From Octopus bimaculoides (taxonomy: Eukaryota), in contig NC_068982.1 in the NCBI RefSeq assembly GCF_001194135.2, positions 138,303,540-138,367,539 of the forward strand: a DNA stretch of 64,000 nt. The letters run 5' to 3'. Every line of letters begins with the position of its first letter. The stretch's first letter is position 1. Shown in pieces: positions 1-64,000 of the stretch. Under the pieces are notes generated by a model. It ran no database searches and had not been told where the DNA came from. It worked only from the letters and a program-made list of their open reading frames with translations. Position numbers and translations under genes: made by a program.

Positions 1-722
1 GTAACTTAGCAGTTTGGCAGAAGAGACCGATAGAATAAGTACTAGGTATACAAACAATAAGTCCTAAAGGCAGTGCTCCAGCATGGCCGCAATCAAATGA
101 CTGATACAAGTTAATAAAAAAAGAATAAAATAAATAAATATATATATATATGTATATCAAAGTAGGGGGTGCTGTTATGTGCTACATGCAACCAAATTCA
201 AGATGATTAGTGGGTTCCACACTCCACTCCATTACTCAGTGTAGGTCACCAAATTCAGAATAGGCTAGAGTGTTGGATACGTGTCAGACACTAGAAGTGC
301 ATGTATGACCTACAAAGCTCTGAATATCACACCTGTTCCCTGCTTATTATATGATATGTGTGTGTGTGTGTGTGGAGGGAGAGGGGCTGGTGCAGCCTTC
401 TTTATCTCTCCAGCTGTCATGTGCAGGGGAACCAAAAATAAGTCTATACTTGCCTTGCAACCACATGACTACATAAAAAAGCAATTAGCAAATATATAAT
501 TCTTGCTACCAAGTCATCATTGGTCTTGACTGATGGCGTGGTATTACATCAAATATATAACTATTTAATAGTGGCTGTGTGGTAAGAAGCTTGCTTCCCA
601 GCCACATGATTCCGGGTTCAGTCCCACCGTGTGGCACCTTGAGCGAGTGTCTTTTACTATAGCCTTGGGCCAACCAAAGCCTTGTGAGTGGATTTGGTAG
701 ACAGAAACTGAAAGAAGCCTGT

Positions 723-759
<37 letters not shown>

Positions 760-1880
760 TAGGAGGCACTAGCATTTACACACATGTATACACATGATGG
801 GAACTTCTGCCTCCCAAATTCAATTACAAAGCTTTGGTCATATGTATGTGTGTGTGTGTATGTGTATCATTAGCAACCCGATTAAACATTTGGTAATTTT
901 ACACTGCTGCCACTAATTACAGGGGTTGTTTTTTCACTGTTACTCTCTGAGTGGTTGGCGTTAGGAAGGGCATCCAGATGTAGAAACTCTGCCAAATTAG
1001 ATTGGAGCCTGGTGTAGTCATCCGGTTGCACCAGTCCTCAGTCAANNNNNNNNNNTTGGAGCCTGGTGTAGTCATCCGGTTGCACCAGTCCTCAGTCAAA
1101 TCGTCCAACCCATGCTAGCATGGAAAGCGGACGTTAAACGATGATGATGATGATGATGCGCAATGTCCTTCATTTCCAGTCTTCTGTGAAAACATGTCTG
1201 GCCATGGTGAAATATCACTTTGCTTTGAAACAGATGAGGTTGGCAACAGGAAGGACATCCTGCTGTAGAAAATCTGCCTCAATAAATTCTATCTGATCCA
1301 TGCAAGCATAGAAAAGTGGACATTAAAACAGTTGATGGACCATGACATAGCATGAGACGATATGGAAGCGTCAACAAACATTATTAAAGTGAATATAATT
1401 AATCATTTTGTTGTCGTGGGCGATGCCAGTGCCGTCTGACCGGCACCTTTGCCACGGGCATGTAGAAAGCACCATTTGAGCGTGGTCGATGTCAGTGCCA
1501 CAGGACTGGCTCCTGTGCCGTGGCATGTAAAAAGCACCATTCAAGCGTGGTCAGTGCCAGTACCGCCTGACTGGCTCCCATGCCAGTGGCACATAAAAAG
1601 CACCATTCAAGCAGAATCGATGCCAGTGCTGCCTGACTGGCCCCCATGCCGGTGGCATGAAAAAGCATCCACTACACTTTTGGAGCGGTTGGCGTTAGGA
1701 AGGGCATCCAGCTGTAGAGACCTTGTCAGATCAGACCGGAGCATGGTTCAGCCTCCCGGCTTGCCAGTCCTTAGTCAAACCGTCCAACCCATGTCAGCAG
1801 GGAGAGCAGACACTAAACAACGATGATGATAATGATGATGAATATTTCAGTAATGATTAACTTTTTTCATATAATTACAG

Positions 1881-60646
<58,766 letters not shown>

Positions 60647-61433
60647 TATTCGGTCATTCAAAAAAAAAAACAAAAAAAAAAACAAAAAAAAACGAAAAAA
60701 GAAGAAATACAAACATTATGAACTGCAACACCNNNNNNNNNNNNAAAAAAATCAACTAATCTTTATTTTATTTTTTTTTTGAAAAAAAAAAAAAAATTTT
60801 TTTTTAATTTGCAACATTTTGAACTGAGTATCAGGGAAAAAAAAAAATGACTTTTTCTTTGAAATGTATGTGCACAAGGAGAATGAAAGTATGGTGGCAG
60901 GTGGGTAGGGTAGGGTCTTGTGGTGACTGGCTGCTGTTTCTAGCAGAGGAGGAGGAGGAGGGCCGGGTGTGGTAGTGGTGGGTAAGGGATATCAAGTGAC
61001 TGATGTAAACATATTCTGGTTGCCAGTTTAACTTCAGTCATATCTATTCAAGTGTGACCGATAATTATACTTCGTTTCATTTTTATTTTATATATACATA
61101 TATATTTATATATATATACACACACACACACACATATATATATCTATACATATAGATATATACACACACAAATATATATACACATACATATATACACACA
61201 CACACATATATATATATACACACATACATATACACACACACACACATATAGATATACACACATTCACACACACACACATATATATACACACAGAAGAAGA
61301 AGACACATACACACACACATATACAGACACATGTATATACATTTACATATATATGTGTATATCCAGACATATACACACATATATATGTATATATATATGT
61401 GTATGTGCATATATATATCTATGTATAAATGTA

Positions 61434-61484
<51 letters not shown>

Positions 61485-62075
61485 TTTTTGCTTTTATATT
61501 CACCCCCCTCTTGTTTTATTTATTCTCTTCTATTTTGTTTAAATTTTAATTTACTTTTCTTTCATGTCTCTCTCACCCTACCTCCTCCCTCTCTCCTTTC
61601 CTGATAATCTTTCTATCTAATTATATATCTCTATGTGTGGCTGTGCATGTGTGTGTGTGCGATTGTCTGTTTCTACCTCATTAGCTCTTACTAGTCTTCT
61701 TCTTTGTTTGTTTTTTGATGAATGAGGTTTGAGTTTCATTTCTCATAAAATCTTGCTGCTATGAAATGGCTGTCATGTCTACAGACTGGACAAGGAACCA
61801 GGATTGTTGCACCTTAATAGAACAAGTTTGGCAGGTTTGGGATTTCAATTTGTACAACAGTGTAAATGTCCTTCCTTGCTTTTACTGGAACTTTCTGACG
61901 AGGTAGTTGGTTTGCAAATAACCATTCAGGACTCATGAAAATTTCTGCGAAATTCGTTCTAAAGATTGTTTTTTTCCCCACTTAACATGTCTTTCACTAC
62001 AAGACAATTTCTTTGTACATGTTGATGTGAATGAATTTGTATGAACAGAAAATACGAATGCACAGATATGATTTC

Positions 62076-62081
62076 AATAAA
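62076..62081 (+). terminator. Candidate TXNDC11 polyadenylation signal AATAAA
   Basis: First clear AATAAA seen after the stop, followed by a T-rich downstream tract; implies a 3' UTR of about 1.45 kb. Confidence 0.45.
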
Positions 62082-63960
62082 TTAATTATTATAGTTCTCT
62101 TTTATTTCCTGTGTACCACCAGAAGTATTGCTGGTCCTCTACTGGTGTAAGTGATTCTATAACTGAAAGTAAACCGTTGGTGTTCTTTTGTGGTTAAACC
62201 TCTCAGACTTGGGCCCCGATGTCTAACTTTGCCCTCCACCTGGGATCTGAGGGAAAAGGAAATATGTATTTGCATATACATTTCAAGAGTAACGACTGCA
62301 GGCAAGCTAATAGACGAGATTGGCTGCATCTTCATTTTCTTACTTGCGTTGTTTATTCTTATCTACTCTAGGCACAAGACCCGAAATTTTTGGGGGAGGG
62401 GGCTAGTCGATTAGATCGACCCCACTACCCAACTGGTATCGACCCCGAAAGGATGAAAGGCAAAGTCGACTTCGGCGGAATTTGAACTCAGAACGTAACG
62501 ACAGACGAAATACCGCTAAGTATTTCGCCCGACGTGCTAACGTTTCTGCCAATTGAAGTAAAACTGAACAATCACATACATATTCCTTTCTACTCTAGGC
62601 ACAAGGCCCGAAATTTTGGGGGAGGAGGCCAGCCGATTAGATCGACCCCAGTACGCAACTGGTACTTAATTCATCAATCGCTAAAGGATGAAAGACAAAG
62701 TCGACCTCGGCGGAATTTGAACTCAGAACGTAAAGACAGACGAAATACCGCTAAGCATTTCACCGGCGTGCTAACGATTCTGCCAGCTCGCCGCCTTACG
62801 TTTGTTGTTTATTACAGCTTGACTGGGAATCCAGCAGAGATGACGTTTAACTTATTACTGTATAGTGGGGTCACGGCGTGGCAGGGTTAAAGTTTGAGTT
62901 TAATCTAGCAATGTATACTGAGAAACAGAAGTTTTAACCCTTTGGCTGTCCCAGGACATATTTCCTTGGCGTCCAAACCTCGTATATGATTCACATTCCC
63001 AATTTGTTTTCACTCACCAGAGTAACTTGGGATGTATGAAAGGAAAAAATTATATTACCAGATGGAATGGCACAAGAGCTGATCAAAAGTCTGAAACCAG
63101 ACACCAACGTTTAGGACAAACTTACGAAAAGGCATTGACCAGGCAAAGGGGTTACATTACATTAATAAACGCAAATTTGTATAAATATGTTGTAGAAAAT
63201 ATATATACATCCATGTTCATGTCATGTGTGTAATTCAATGCAAACAAAGTGTTTTGTTCATTACATTGAATTTATGTTCCTTTTGAGTGTCATACATGTT
63301 TAGAGAAGATAAATTGCAAAAGACATTAATATTACTTATTACAGGAAACTGGAAAATATAGCAATTTGATTTCTCATTCAGCTTAAACATTATTTAGGAC
63401 TAATTGACACGAAAGTTCATTACAAAGAAACGGATACTCAATTCCAGCGGTATTGACGTCGGCCTAGGAAAAGAGAGGGAAACAACTTCACTTATGTTTA
63501 TATAGCCAAAATGGCTGAGATAATACTGGTCTCTGATTGGTCCAGAAAAACCGTTGAAAAATGGTGAATATCTAAAACGTCACCTGGATGTATGTGGGAC
63601 ATTATGTATGTGTATGTGTGCACGTGTGTGAATGAATGTATGAATTTGTAGTTTAGTTTCTACACTTTAAACCTGACTCCCACTCATTTCCGAGGCATAT
63701 CCAATGTATAGAGTTTTGTATCTGTTTCAACGAATCTGATTTAGCATGAAACGATATCTACGAAATAGTTTTTGGGTCTTCTATCTACACGAATGCATGG
63801 GCGCGGTCGTGGCCTTATGATAAGAAGCTTGTTTCTCAACCACATGTTTCCGCCTTCAGTCACACTGCATGTTAACTTGGGCCACTGTTTTCTACTATAG
63901 CCTCGGGCCAACCAAAGCTTTGTGAGTGGATTTGGTAGACAGAAACTAAAAGAGTCCATC

Positions 63961-64000
<40 letters not shown>

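Noticed and set aside
996-1100. Direct duplications across 10-N gaps (also 28841-28960 and 57415-57500)
   Set aside because: Identical sequence on both sides of a minimal gap is typical of unmerged contig overlap, so these are assembly artefacts.
62260-62285. Octamer ATTTGCAT suggesting an snRNA promoter
   Set aside because: No snRNA body or PSE-like element was recognised downstream; SINEs follow.
63400-63590. Promoter-like motifs (TGACGT, AAAATGGC, ATTGG)
   Set aside because: Short motifs expected by chance, and the patch includes a gggaaacaact motif resembling mollusc repeats; cannot be supported.

Overview
AT-rich, repeat-dense animal DNA from a gapped assembly. The SINE/LINE and microsatellite landscape suggests an octopus (coleoid cephalopod); this is inference. 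One protein-coding gene is supported: a + strand TXNDC11 (EFP1-like ER thioredoxin protein), of which the last 11 coding exons were reconstructed by hand. All junctions are GT-AG with consistent phases, giving 2429 coding nt, about 809 aa and a WCGFC active site. The 5' exons lie upstream of the window and the last intron is about 40 kb. The rest is mostly tRNA-derived SINEs, RTE and RLE-type LINE fragments, a mariner fossil, several MITEs and micro/minisatellites. The most interesting signals are type I hammerhead-ribozyme folds in the introns. One at 43308-43378 has a compensatory U3:A8 core, a palindromic helix III and a long bulged helix I. A second family has a near-intact copy at 59814-59859 and a dead copy inside an inverted insertion with a target-site duplication at 17123-17315. 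Also notable are two long intronic hairpins (6630-6701, 25409-25558), a tail-to-tail SINE foldback, a LINE fragment that explains the commonest repeat tail, and a possible convergent neighbour gene end. No database searches or folding programs were run. Repeat boundaries are approximate, and comparisons to human TXNDC11 and TE motifs are from memory.
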